A stretch of DNA of 64,000 bases. Source: Isurus oxyrinchus (lineage: Eukaryota). Below, piece after piece: positions 26,795 through 37,892 of this stretch. The position numbers and the translations under genes are program-made. The notes under the pieces are model-generated. The model had not been told where the DNA came from, made no database searches, and was given only the letters and a program-made list of their open reading frames with translations. The stretch spans positions 77,252,001-77,316,000 of the forward strand of contig JANJGN010000014.1 in assembly GCA_026770705.1 (NCBI GenBank), written 5' to 3'. Position 1 is the stretch's first letter; every line of letters starts with the position of its first letter.

Positions 26795-26923
26795 GACTCC
26801 GAAGAAGGGTCATACAGACATAAAACATTAACTCTGTTTCTCTCTCCACAGATGCTGTCAGACCTGCTGAGTTTTTCCAGCATTTTCCAGCAGATTTCCA
26901 GCATCCACAGTATTTTGCTTTTA
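26795..26923 (+). mobile_element. Penelope pseudo-LTR fragment
   Basis: 13-bp TSD TCTACAGTA(A/G)TCA (26782-26794 and 26924-26936); homologous to 17670-17794; decayed hammerhead core. Confidence 0.8.
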
Positions 26924-27484
26924 TCTACAGTAGTCACTGTTGTGCTCAATAAACTCCCATAAATAGCAATGTGATAATGATCAGATAATCTGTTTTTGTG
27001 GTGTTGATTTAGGGATAAATATTAGTCAGGGCACCAGGGATAACTCCCCTGTTCGTCTTCGAAATAGTGCCATGGGATCTTTTATATCCACCTGAGCAGA
27101 CAGATTGTTTAACGCAGGCTTATCCAACTTGTTCACTTGGGGGGCCACATTTTCATTTTCTTCTCACTCAAGGGGCCAATGAGCAAATTTGAGAAAAATA
27201 AAGTTTGTCACAACATTAAACGTGAATTTCAAAATTAAGTTGAGCTATGAAGAAAAGAAACAAACTGCCGAGCAAAAATAAAGCAATGTCAAAGCAATAA
27301 GTTGATATTTAAAAAGAGTAATTAATAAAGATCACCATTAGAATGTGAGAGGGACAGTGTCTGTTTGTGTGGCTCACTCCCAATCTCTTGATACTTGTTC
27401 ACTCACCCTCACCCACCATGTGAATGTTGTGATTGTGTGTGAGGGTGAATGGGAAACCTGAGACTGGAGTGAGCCAGACACACA

Positions 27485-28460
27485 CATACTTCCCACACTC
27501 ACTCACTCGCTCTCCCACACTCACCCACTCACTCACACTTACCCACTCACTCTCCCACACTCACCCACTCTCGCTCTCTCCCACACTCGCTCCCTCCCTC
27601 TCCCACACTCACTCACTTTCCCACACTTGTCCATATTCTCTCCCACACTCGCTCACTCTCTCTCCCACACTCACTCATTCTTTCCCCCACAATCTCATTC
27701 TTTCTCCCACTCTCACTCTCCCACACTCACTCACTCCTTCCCGTACTCACTCACTCTCTTCTCCCCCATACTCACTCTCTCCCCATACTCACTCACTCTC
27801 TTCTCCCCCATATTCACTTGCGCACTCTCCCACACTCACTCACTGCCTCCCCCATACTCACTCTCTTCTCCCCCATATTCACTCGCTCACTCTTCCACAC
27901 TTGTCCATATTCTCTCCCACACTCGCTCCCTCTCTCTCCCACACTCGCTCACTCTCCCACACTTGTCCATATTCTCTCCCACACTCACTCACTCTCCCAC
28001 ACTCGCTCACTCCCACACTCGCTCACTCTCCCACACTTGTTCATATTCTCTCCCACACTCTCGCTCTCTCTCCCATGCTCACACAGTCTTTCCCCCACAA
28101 CATTCTCTCTCCCACACTCACTCACTCTCTCCCACACTCACTTACTCTCTCCCATACTCACTCACTCTCTTCTCCCCCATACTCACTGACTCTCTCCCCA
28201 TACTCACTTACTCCCTCCCCCATACTCACTTGTGCACTCTCTCTCTCCCCTTACTCATTCACTCTCTTCTCCCCCATACTCACTCGCGCACTCTCCCACT
28301 CTCACTCCCTCTCCCACACTCATTCACTCTCTCCACATTTGCTCACTCACTCCCACGCTCACTCACTCTCTCCCACTCTCACTCACTCTCTCTCCCCCAT
28401 ACTCACTCTCTCCCCCATACTTGCTCTCTCCAACACTCATTCACTCCCTCTCCCACACCC
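27485..28460. repeat. C/A/T-rich degenerate minisatellite (CCCACACTCACTCACTCTCT-like units)
   Basis: Read directly; almost no G on the + strand; higher-order repeats such as cacacttgtccatattctctcccacactc. Confidence 0.95.
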
Positions 28461-28500
28461 CTAGGCAGTGAGCCTTTTCATCCTCAGCATGCAAACCCAA

Positions 28501-28682
28501 CTGGCCCAGCACAGGGCAGGTCTCTCCTGGCTCAGCGCAGAGCGCGTCTCTCCTGGCCCAGGATGGAGCGGGTCTCTCTCAGCCCAGCGGGGAGCGGGTC
28601 TCTCCCAGCCCAGCGCGGAACGGCGGTCTCCCGGCCCAGCACGGAGTGGGACTCTCCCGGCCCAGCACAGAGCGGGGGGCTC
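28501..28682. repeat. GC-rich tandem repeat, ~26-bp unit x7
   Basis: Units approximating CCGGCCCAGCACAGAGCGGGTCTCTC, followed by (CT)n at ~28712-28735. Confidence 0.9.
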
Positions 28683-28951
28683 CCTCCCCCCATCCGGCAC
28701 GGCAACCTGTTTCTCTCTCTCTCTCTCTCTCTCTCTTCTCCTCAATCCCCCCCTTCCCCAGAGTCCACTCAGTGTTGCCATTCCTCCAAACATGACTGCT
28801 TCTCTCCTACACAAACGCAGGAGAGAAACGGCTTATGATTGAAGAAGCAGTTTCTTTCAAAATTTTCCACTGCATTTAACGACATTTGAAAGCTAACTCC
28901 AGGGACCACATTGGGGGGCTCTGCAGGTCACATCCAGCACTCGTGGTTTGA

Positions 28952-29385
28952 TTTTTTTTTTTACATTCATTCATGGGATGTGGATGTCACTGGCAATGCC
29001 AGTATTTATTACCCATCACTAATTGGCCCTTGAAGTGGTGGTGAGCTGTCTTCTAGAATCCAACTGAGTATCTTGCTAAGCCATTTCAAAGGCCAATCAA
29101 GAGTCAACAACATTGCTGTGGTTCTGGAGCCCATGTATGCGAGACTGGTTACGGACAGCAGATTTCTTTGCCTAAAGGAAATTAGAGAACTAGATGAGTA
29201 CTTATGACAACTCAATAGTTTCACGGTCACCGTTACTGGACTGGCTTTTATTCCCGATTTATTTAATTAACTGAATTTAATTTCCCACAACTGCCATGGT
29301 AGGATTCAAACTCCTGTCTCGGGATAATAATCCGGGTCTCCAGATTACTAGCCCTGTAATGTAACAGCTATGCCACTGCACCACC
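28952..29385 (-). mobile_element. tRNA-headed short element sharing its 5' head and 3' tail with a CR1-group LINE
   Basis: B-box-like GAGTTTGAATCC (minus strand, 29302-29313); head matches 44335-44574; tail matches 34410-34505; ends in poly(A). Confidence 0.8.
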
Positions 29386-29649
29386 CTAGAGATGGCACCT
29401 CAGACAGTGCGGCACTTGCTCAGTGCAACACTAATGTCAGCCATGATTTTTACACTCAGTTTCTGGAATGGGACTTGAACCTTATGGTTAGAGGCAGGTG
29501 TGTTACCAACTGAGCCATAGCTGACACTAAAGAATATTTAGATAAAAAGAATGGTAAAACTGATTTATGACTTACAAAATTTATTTATGATAATGTTAAT
29601 TGTGCTTGAACAATTAACTAACTTCTGTAATAATACTGTCACAGGTCTT

Positions 29650-29796
29650 GGGGCTAACTTTCACTTTGGCATAGGCAGAAAGCTGCTGGTTAAGAATGGA
29701 TTAATACCAGTGAAAGGAAAATTAGATGGGCTATACAGAGGTAGCTGGCAAGCAACCTTCAGTTTTTCATGTGTGCCAAAAGTGAAAATTAAGCCT
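29650..29796. mobile_element. Small MITE with Harbinger-like TIRs
   Basis: gggctaactttcactttggcata pairs with tgtgccaaaagtgaaaattaagcct. Confidence 0.55.
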
Positions 29797-29879
29797 GTTT
29801 CCTTTGGCACTTGAGTTAATTTAGGAATTAATATTTGTCGGAATTATTTCATTCTAACTCTTTTTCAAATATATACCAG

Positions 29880-30019
29880 CATTCCCAGAACTGTGGTGCA
29901 GGAACCGGAATATTCCTTCTGATTAATGCCTCCGTAATCATCGTCATACGTGGGCATCGGTTTTGCCTGTGGGGATCTGTTTACCTTGATACTCATGGTG
30001 AAGAGGACAAAGATCTAAG
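29880..30019 (+). CDS. UBR3: UBR3 penultimate coding exon
   Basis: accag| and |gtaaaa; 140 nt, phase 0/2; [46 protein letters not shown](R), containing the UBR1/2/3 family motif YLD.HGEED. Confidence 0.97.
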
Positions 30020-30477
30020 GTAAAATGTTTCGGTAGTGTTTTTTGATTTAGGACCAGCATAGTAGTGTGTTATTGAGCTAGTAATCTGAGCCCTTGACTA
30101 ATAATTAAGGGGAATTAATTCAAATGTGAATTTCAGTGAGCATGGACCTCTTGAATTGTCCTAGAAATGCAACTGGTCATTAATGTTCATATATTTGCCT
30201 CGGAGGGGTATAGCACAGATTCACCAGATGCTACAGGGCCTTAAAGGGTTAAATTATGAGGATGGGCTGCATAAACTTGGCTATATTCCTTTGAACTTAA
30301 AGGTTGAGGGATTGCCTAGTGGAAGTGTTTAGAATAACAAAAAGATTTGCTGGCTTAGGTACATGAGAACTATTTCCCCTGCTCGAGGAATCTAGAACAA
30401 GGAGACATAATTTTAAAATTAGAGCCAGCCCAATAGTAGTGAAATCAGGAAGCACAACAAGGAGTAATGGGAGTAAT

Positions 30478-32305
30478 AACAACAACAACTTATATTTATA
30501 TAGTGCCTTTAAAGTAATGAAACATTTCAAAGCACTTCACAGGAGCATTATAAAACAAAATGTAACACAGAGTCACATATGGAGATATTAGGTCAGATGA
30601 CCAAAAGCTTGGTCAAAGAGGTAGGTTCTCAAGAAGTGACTTACAGGGGGAAAGTGAAGTAGAGAAGAGGAATGGTGTTGGGAAGATACTCCAGAGCTTA
30701 GAGCCTAGGCAACTGAAGGCACAGCCACCATTGGTAGAGCACTTATAATTGAGAATGTACAAGAGGCCAGAATTAGAGGAGCGCAGATATCTGAGGATTC
30801 TGGGGCAGAGGAGATTACAGAGCTGGGGGTGGGGGAGGCAAGGCCATGGAGGAAGTTGGAAACAAGGATGAGAATCTTAAAATCAAGATGTTGCTTCACT
30901 GGGAGCCAGTGTAGGTCAGCAAGCACAGAGGTGATAGGAGAACTGAACCTGCTGCAACTTAAGACACAAGTAGCAGGGTTTTGGATGACCTGAAATTCAC
31001 AGAGGGTAGAATGAAGGATACCTTCCAGGAGTGTGTTGGAATATTCGAGTCTAGAGGTAACTAAGGTTCGGATGAAGGTTTCAGTAACAGAATAGCTTAC
31101 AAAGGGCCAGTCAGGCGAGTTGTCAAGGTGGAATAGGGGCTCTTAGAGATGGCATGAATATGAGGTTGGAAGTTCATTTCAGGATCAAATGTTACACCAA
31201 GATTGTGAACTAACTGGTTTAATCTCAGTTGCCAGAGAAAGGGATGGAGCTGGAAGTAGGAAACAATGGAGTTCAGAGCGAGTACCAAAAACAATGGCTG
31301 CAGTCTTCCCAAGATTTAATTGGAGGAAATTTCTGCTCATCCAGTATTGATGTTGGATAAGCAATCTGATAAGTTAGCAACAGTGGAAGAATCGAGAGAG
31401 GTGGTGGTAAGGTAGAGCTGGGCGTGTGTCAGCATGCATGTGAAAACTAACACCATATCTTCAGATGATGCCACCAAGGTGCAGCAGGTTGATGAGAAAT
31501 AAGAGGGGGCCAAGGATTGATCCTCGAGGGACACTAGAGATAACAGGTATGGGAGCAGGAAGAGAAGCCAATGCAAGCAATTCTACAATTAAACACAAAA
31601 GAATGGAACCACATAAGTGCAGTCTCACCCAGCTGGGCAACAGTGGGGACATATTGGAAAAGGGTGCTGCGGTCGACCATGTCAAAGGCTGCAGACAAGT
31701 TGAGAAGGACGAGGAGGGAGAGTTTACCTTTGTCACAGTCATAGGATGTCATTTGTAACTTTGATAAGAACTGTTTTAGTAATGTGGCAATGTTTGAATC
31801 CCTCCTAATTGGAAGGATTCAAACATGGAGTTCCAAGAAGAATGGAAATAGATTTGGGAGATGACAGCATGTTCAAAAACCTAAGAGAGGAAGCGAGGTT
31901 GAGGATGGGACGGTAGTTTGCAAGGACAGTGGGATGAAGGGCTGATTTTTTGAGGAGAGGGGTGATGATGGCAGATTTAAAGGAGGGAAGGACAACACCT
32001 GAAGAAAGAGAACAGTTTACAATATTAGCTAATATAACGGACAGGAGGGGAAATTGGGTGATCAGCAGTTAGTGGGAATAGGATCAAGGCTACAGGATGT
32101 GGGTTTCATGGACAAGATGAGTTCAGAGAGGGCATGAGATAAGTTAGGAGAAAAACTAGAGAAAGATGCACGTTCAGAGCTAGGGCAAAGAGGACCATTA
32201 AAGGAAGTTTGGCCAGATGAGGTTGTGGAAGGGAGGGACATTTGGCACAGACAGCTGATACGATTGTCTCAAACTTTGTGACAAAGAAGTTCATGAGCTC
32301 CTCAA
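30478..32305 (-). mobile_element. L2-clade LINE (RT to 3' end), inserted in a CR1 tail
   Basis: LLVLLNLSAAFDMVD, VPRGSILGPLLF and LADLHWLPVKQHLDFKIL; (TTG)n tail; CR1 sequence at 30200-30460 resumes at ~32310. Confidence 0.9.
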
Positions 32306-32451
32306 ATAATGGAACTTTTCCTCAAAAATGTTGTGGATACTGAGTCAATTGAAATCTTCAAGGCTGAGATTGAAATATCTTTGTTCAATTATCAAGGGAT
32401 ACCAAAGATTATCAAAGGCAGTTAAAATGTAACTAAGTTACAGATTAGCCA

Positions 32452-34510
32452 GCCCTTCCACGTCGAGTCATGAGTGGTGGTGAACAGTTAAACAATTAAT
32501 AGGAGGAGGCTCCACAAACATCCCCGTCCTGAACGATGGTGGAGTGCAGCACATCAATGAAAAGACAATGTTGAATTGTTTGCAGTCATCTTCAACCAGA
32601 AGTGTCAATTCTCCTCCTGAGGTCACCAGTGTCACAGGTGCCAATCTTCACCTCACATGATATCAAAAAACAGCTGAGCGAACATGTTACAGCAGTGATA
32701 TGAGTCCCAAGAATATTTCAGTCATGGTGCTGAAGACTTGTGCTCCAGAACTAGTCATTCCCCTAGCCAAACTGTTCCAGTACAGGACAACACTGGTACC
32801 AATGATGTGGAAAATTGCCCAGGTATGTCCGGTCCACAAAGAGAAGGACACATCCAATCCAGCCAATTTACCATCTAATCAGCTTGCTCTCAATCATCAG
32901 CAGAATGATAGAAGGTGTTGTTGAGAGCGCTATCAGCAACGACCTGCTCACCATGCTCAGTCTGGGTTCCTCCAGAAGCACTCCACTCCAGACCTCATTA
33001 TCACCTTAGTCGAAACATAGACAAAAGGGCTGAACTCCAGTGCTGAGGTGAGAGCGACTGCCCTTGACACCAAGGCAGCATTTGACTATCATGTATGTAG
33101 CATCATGGAGCCCTATTAAAATTGAAATCAATTAGAATTCAGGAAGAACTCTCCACAGGCTGGAGTCATACCTAGAACAAAGGAATACGGTTGTATTTTT
33201 TGACGCTCAATTATCTCATCCCTAGGATGTTGCTGCAGAAATTCCTCAGGGCAGTGGCCTAGTCCCAAGCATCTTTAGCTGCTTCATCAGTGACATTCCA
33301 TCATAAGGTCAGAAATGAGGCTTTCACTGATGATTACACAGTGTTCATTATCATTCGTAACTCCTCACATACTGAAGCTGTCTTTGCCTGTGTGCAGCAA
33401 GATGTAGACAACTTTCAGGATTGGAATTTTAAATGACCTGAAACATAAGGATAACTACCAGGCAATGAACTTCTTCAGCAAGAGAGAATCTTAACCATCT
33501 CCCCATGATGTTCACAAATATTACCATCGCTCTGAATCCCCCACCATCAATATCCTGGGGGGGTTACCATTGACCAGAAACTTGAATGCATGAGCTATGT
33601 AAATATGGCTACAAGAGCAGGTAATAGGTTGGAAGTTCTATGGCAATTAGCTCACCTGACTCCCCAAACACTGTTCACCATCTACAAGGCACAAGTCAGA
33701 GGTGTGATGGAATACTCTGCACTTGCCCGGAAGAGTGCAGCTCAAACAACACTCAGGAAACATGATATCATCCAGGGTGAAACAGTCTGCTTGACTGACA
33801 TCTTATCCACCAACTTAAACATTAATTCCCCAGACACCACTGGTGCACAATGTCAATAGTGTGTACCATGCACAAGATGCGTTGTAGTAACTCACCAATG
33901 CTTCTTCGACAGCGCCTTGCAAACCCATGAAATTGGCCACCTAGAATAACAAAAAGAGCAGCAGGGTGCATCGGAACACCACTACCACAATTGCAGAGTG
34001 TTCCATCCCACCTCTGACTTGTGCCTTTTGGATGGTGAACAGTGTTTGGGGAGTCAGGTGAGTTAATTGCCATAGAACTTCCAACCTATTACCTGCTCTT
34101 GTAGCCATATTTACATAGCTCATGCGTTCAAGTTTCTGGTCAATGGTAACCCCGCAGGGTATTGATGGTGGGGAATTCAGCAGCGATGTTAATGTCTGTG
34201 AACGTCATGGGGAGATGGCAAGTTCCCCTCCAAGTTACACACCATCCTGATTCATGTTTAAAAAAAAATCACTGTTCCATCACTATCATTGTGTCAAAAT
34301 CCTGGAACTCCCACCCTAATAGCACTATGGGTGTACCCACACCACATGGTCTGTCATAGTTCAAGCATTTGGCTCACTGCCACCTCACAAGGGCAGTTAG
34401 GGTGGCAGTTCAAGCAGTCAGCTCACTGCCATCTTCTCAAGGGCCATAGGGATGGGCAGTAAATGCTGGCTTTGCCAGCAATGCCCCCCACCCCATGAGC
34501 AAATAAAAAC
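32452..34510 (+). mobile_element. CR1-group LINE (second family), 5'-truncated and decayed
   Basis: VLKTCAPEL..PLAKLFQY, WKIAQVCPVHK and IYKAQVR.VMEYS; same family as 42405-44574. Confidence 0.85.
33495..34218. repeat. Local inverted duplication (33495-33721 copied as 33992-34218)
   Basis: Near-identical reverse-complement arms; the ORF track shows MSYVNMATRAGNRLEVLWQL on both strands. Confidence 0.93.
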
Positions 34511-35462
34511 AAAATTGAATGGTGGAACTGGTTCAAGGAATTCAATGGCCTACTTCTGTTTCTATGTACGTGACTGTTGAATAAGTTAGTCATCTCTTGC
34601 TCCATATCAGAGTGCTTATTGTTCGTCTTGAAAATGTTTTGACCATTTCTAAATTTTGTCTCTGCCAAAAAAATACCAGTCTGAAACAAATTTCCTGAGA
34701 GGGTGATGGAGGCAGGTTCGATCGAGGTATTCACAAGGGAATTGGATTGCTACCTGAAAAGAGAGATGTGTAAGGTTGCAGTGATAAGGCAGGGGAGTGG
34801 GACTAGGTGGAATGCTCTTTCAGAGAGCCAGGTGCAGACTCGATGGGCTGAATGGCTTCCTTCTGCACTGTAAAGATACTGTGATACTGAGAGATTTACT
34901 AACACTGTTGGGTAGGGTTTAAACTAGATTGGCAGGGTGGTGGGAATCTGAGAGAGAGCTCAAATGAGAGGGAAGCAAAACTGGTAACAAAGTAGAAAAG
35001 TAATAAGCTAAATTAGAAGGCAAACGAAATGAAGGCAAGCATCAAATAGGATCAGAATGTGGAATAATGTTAAAAAGACAAAGTTAAGGGCACTCTATCT
35101 GAATGCATGCAGCATTCACAATAAGTTAGATGATTTGAAGGTGCAAATAGAAGTAAATGGTTGTGATTTAATTGCCCTAACAGAGAAGTGGTTATGGGGT
35201 GAACAGGACTTGGAACTAAATATTCTGGGATATTCACCACTTAGGAAGGATTGACAAAAATGAAAAGGAGGTGGGGTAACGCTGCTAATAAAGGACAAGA
35301 TCAGTATGTTAATGAGGGAAGACCTTAGATTGAAGGATCAAGATGTAGAATCAATATGGGTGGAGCTAAGAAACAGGAAGGGGCAACAAACATTAGTGGG
35401 AACAAAAACAGAATTACCTGGAAAATCTCAGCAGGTCTGGCAGCATCGGCGGAGTAGAACAA

Positions 35463-35501
35463 AGTTGACGTTTCGAGTCCTCGTGACCCTGCAACAGAAC
35501 T
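35463..35501 (-). ncRNA. Second hammerhead-like motif (left PLE arm)
   Basis: Minus strand reads AGTT-CTGTTGC-A-GGGTC acgag GACTC-GAAA-CGTC-AACT. Confidence 0.6.
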
Positions 35502-37853
35502 GAGTAAAAATAGGAGAGGGGTGAAATATAAGCTGGTTTAAGGTGGGGGGTTGGGGGGGGTGGTTGTAGGGACAAGCAAGCAGTGATAGGAGCAGATAAT
35601 CAAAAGATGTCACAGACAAAACAACAAAGAGGTGTTGAAGGTGGTGATATTATCTAAAAGAATGTGCTAATTAAGAATGGATGGCAGGTCACGCAAGAGA
35701 CAGCTCTGGTGCAGGTGGGGTGAAATAAGACTAACATGGCATAAAAGGTATAGATTTAAAAATAATGTAAATAGGTGGGAAAAGAAAAATCTATACAAAT
35801 TATTGGAAAAAACAAAAGGGAGGGGGAAGAAACAGAAAGGGGGTGGGGATGGAGGAGGGAGTTCAAGATCTAAAGTTGTTGAATTCAATATTCAGTCCGG
35901 AAGGCTGTAAAGTGCCTAGTCGGAATATGAGGTGCTGTTCCTCCAGTTTGCATTGAGCTTCACTAGAACAATGCAGCAAGCCAAGGACAGACATGTGGGC
36001 AAGAGAGCAGGGTGGAGTGTTAAAATGGCAAGCGACATGGAGGTTTGGGTCATTCTTGCGTACAGACCGAAGGTGTTCTGCAAAGCGGTCGCCCAGTTTG
36101 CATTTGGTCTCCCCAATGTACTGGAGACTGTATTGGGAGCAACGAATACAGTAGACTAAGTTGGGGGAAATGCAAGTGAAATGCTGCTTCACTTGAAAGG
36201 AGTGTTTGGGCCCTTGGACGATGAGGAGAGAGGAAGTGAAGGGGCAGGTGTTGCATCTTTTGCGTATGCATGGGGAGGTGCCATAGGTTGAGGAGTAGGG
36301 GGTGATGGAGGAGTGGACCAGGGTGTCCCAGAGGGAACGATCCCTATGGAATGCCGCCGGGGGGATGAAGGGAAGATGTGTTTGGTGGTGGCATCATGCT
36401 GGAGTTGGCGGAAATGGCGAAGGATGATCCTTTGAATGCGGAGGCTGGTGGGGTGATAAGTGAGAACAAGGGGGACTCTCATGTTCTGGGAGGGAGGAGA
36501 AGGCGTGAGGGCGGATGCGTGGGAGATGGGTCGGACACGGTTGAGGGCCCTGTCAACGACCTCTCTGTCTCAATTTCTGGTGATAGGCTGTCCACCAATA
36601 TCCATTACAAGCCTATCGACTCCCACAGCTACCTCAACTACAGCTCCTCACATGCCGCTTCCTGTAAGGACTCCATCCCATTCTCTCAGTTCCTTCGCCT
36701 CCGTTGCATCTGTTCTGATGATGCTACCTTCAAAAACAGTTCCTCTGACTAGTCCTCCTTCTTCCTTAACCGAGATTTTCCACCTATGGTCGTTGACAGG
36801 GCCCTCAACCGTGTCCGACCCATCTCCCACGCATCTGCCCTCACGCCTTCTCCTCCCTCCCAGAAACATGATAGGGTCCCCCTTGTTCTCACTTATCACC
36901 CCACCAGCATCCACATTCAAAGGATCATCCTCCGCCATTTCTGCCAACTCCAGCATAATGCCACCACCAAACACATCTTCTCTTCACCCCACCCACCCCC
37001 GGCGGCATTCCATAGGGATCGTTCCCTCTGGGACACCCTGGTCCACTCTTCCATCACCCCCTACTCCTCAACCCCCACCTACGGCACCTCCCCATGCATA
37101 TGCAAAAGATGCAATACCTGCCCCTTCACTTCCTCTCTCCTCACCGTCCAAGGGCCCAAACACTCCTTTCAAATGAAGCAGCATTTCATTTGAATTTCCC
37201 CCAACTTAGTCTACTGCATTCGTTGCTCCCTATGCGATCTCCTTTACATTGGAGAGACCAAACGCAAACTGGGCGACCACTTTGCAGAACACCTTCGGTC
37301 TGTCTGCAAGAATGACCCAAACCTCCCTGTCGCATGCCATTTTAACACTCCACCCTGCTCTCTTGCCCACATGTCTGTCCTTGGCTTGCTGCATTGTTCC
37401 AGTGAAGCTCAATGCAAACTCATCTTCCGACTAGGCACTTTACAGCCTTCCAGACTGAATATTGAGTTCAACAACTTTAGATCTTGAACTCCCTCCTCCA
37501 TCCACACCCCCTTTCCGTTTCTTCCCCCTCCCTTTTGTTTTTTCCAATAATTTATAAAGATTTTTCTTTTCCCACCTATTTACATTATTTTTAAATCTAT
37601 ACCTTTTATGCCCTATTAATCTTATTTCATCCCACCCCCACTAGAGCTGTACCTTGCGTGTCCTGCCATCCATTCTTAATTAGCACAATCTTTTGGATAA
37701 TATCACCACCTTCAACACCTCTTTGTTGTTTTGTCTGTGACATCTTTTGATTATCTGCTCCTATCACTGCTTGCTTGTCCCTACAACCACTTCTCTCCCC
37801 CCACTCCCCCACCTTAAATCAGCTTATATTTCACCCCTCTCCTATTTTTACTC

Positions 37854-37892
37854 AGTTCTGTTGAAGGGTTACAAGGACTCGAAACGTCAACT
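37854..37892 (+). ncRNA. Minimal type I hammerhead-ribozyme-like motif in the PLE pseudo-LTR (variant core)
   Basis: AGTT-CTGTTGA-A-GGGTT acaag GACTC-GAAA-CGTC-AACT: stem I, core, stem II, GAAA and GUC site; core has U at the conserved A6 position. Confidence 0.65.

Larger units (their letters stand above)
27115..28950. mobile_element. Probable hAT-Charlie-like non-autonomous element with internal repeat expansions
   Basis: Starts CAGGCTTATCCAAC..GGGGGCCACA after GTTTAACG; gggaccacat-like subterminal motifs near 28900-28945; right TIR not clearly seen. Confidence 0.5.
26720..29528 (-). mobile_element. SINE of the same family, split into 26720-27114 and ~29388-29528 by nested insertions
   Basis: Tail at 26720-26790; body continues to gtttaacg (27114) and resumes gatggcacctcagacagtgc..gggacttgaacc (B box)..ccaactgagccatagctgacac (A box). 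Confidence 0.75.

Noticed and set aside
28501-28682. CRISPR-like array or CpG-island promoter
   Set aside because: Contiguous tandem units without unique spacers; eukaryotic context; too short and inside a mobile element.
27433-28838. Longest ORFs in the track (343 aa and 403 aa, rich in H/S/L/T/P)
   Set aside because: Artefacts of a C/A/T minisatellite that rarely forms stop codons; open in several frames, intronic, and with no domain.
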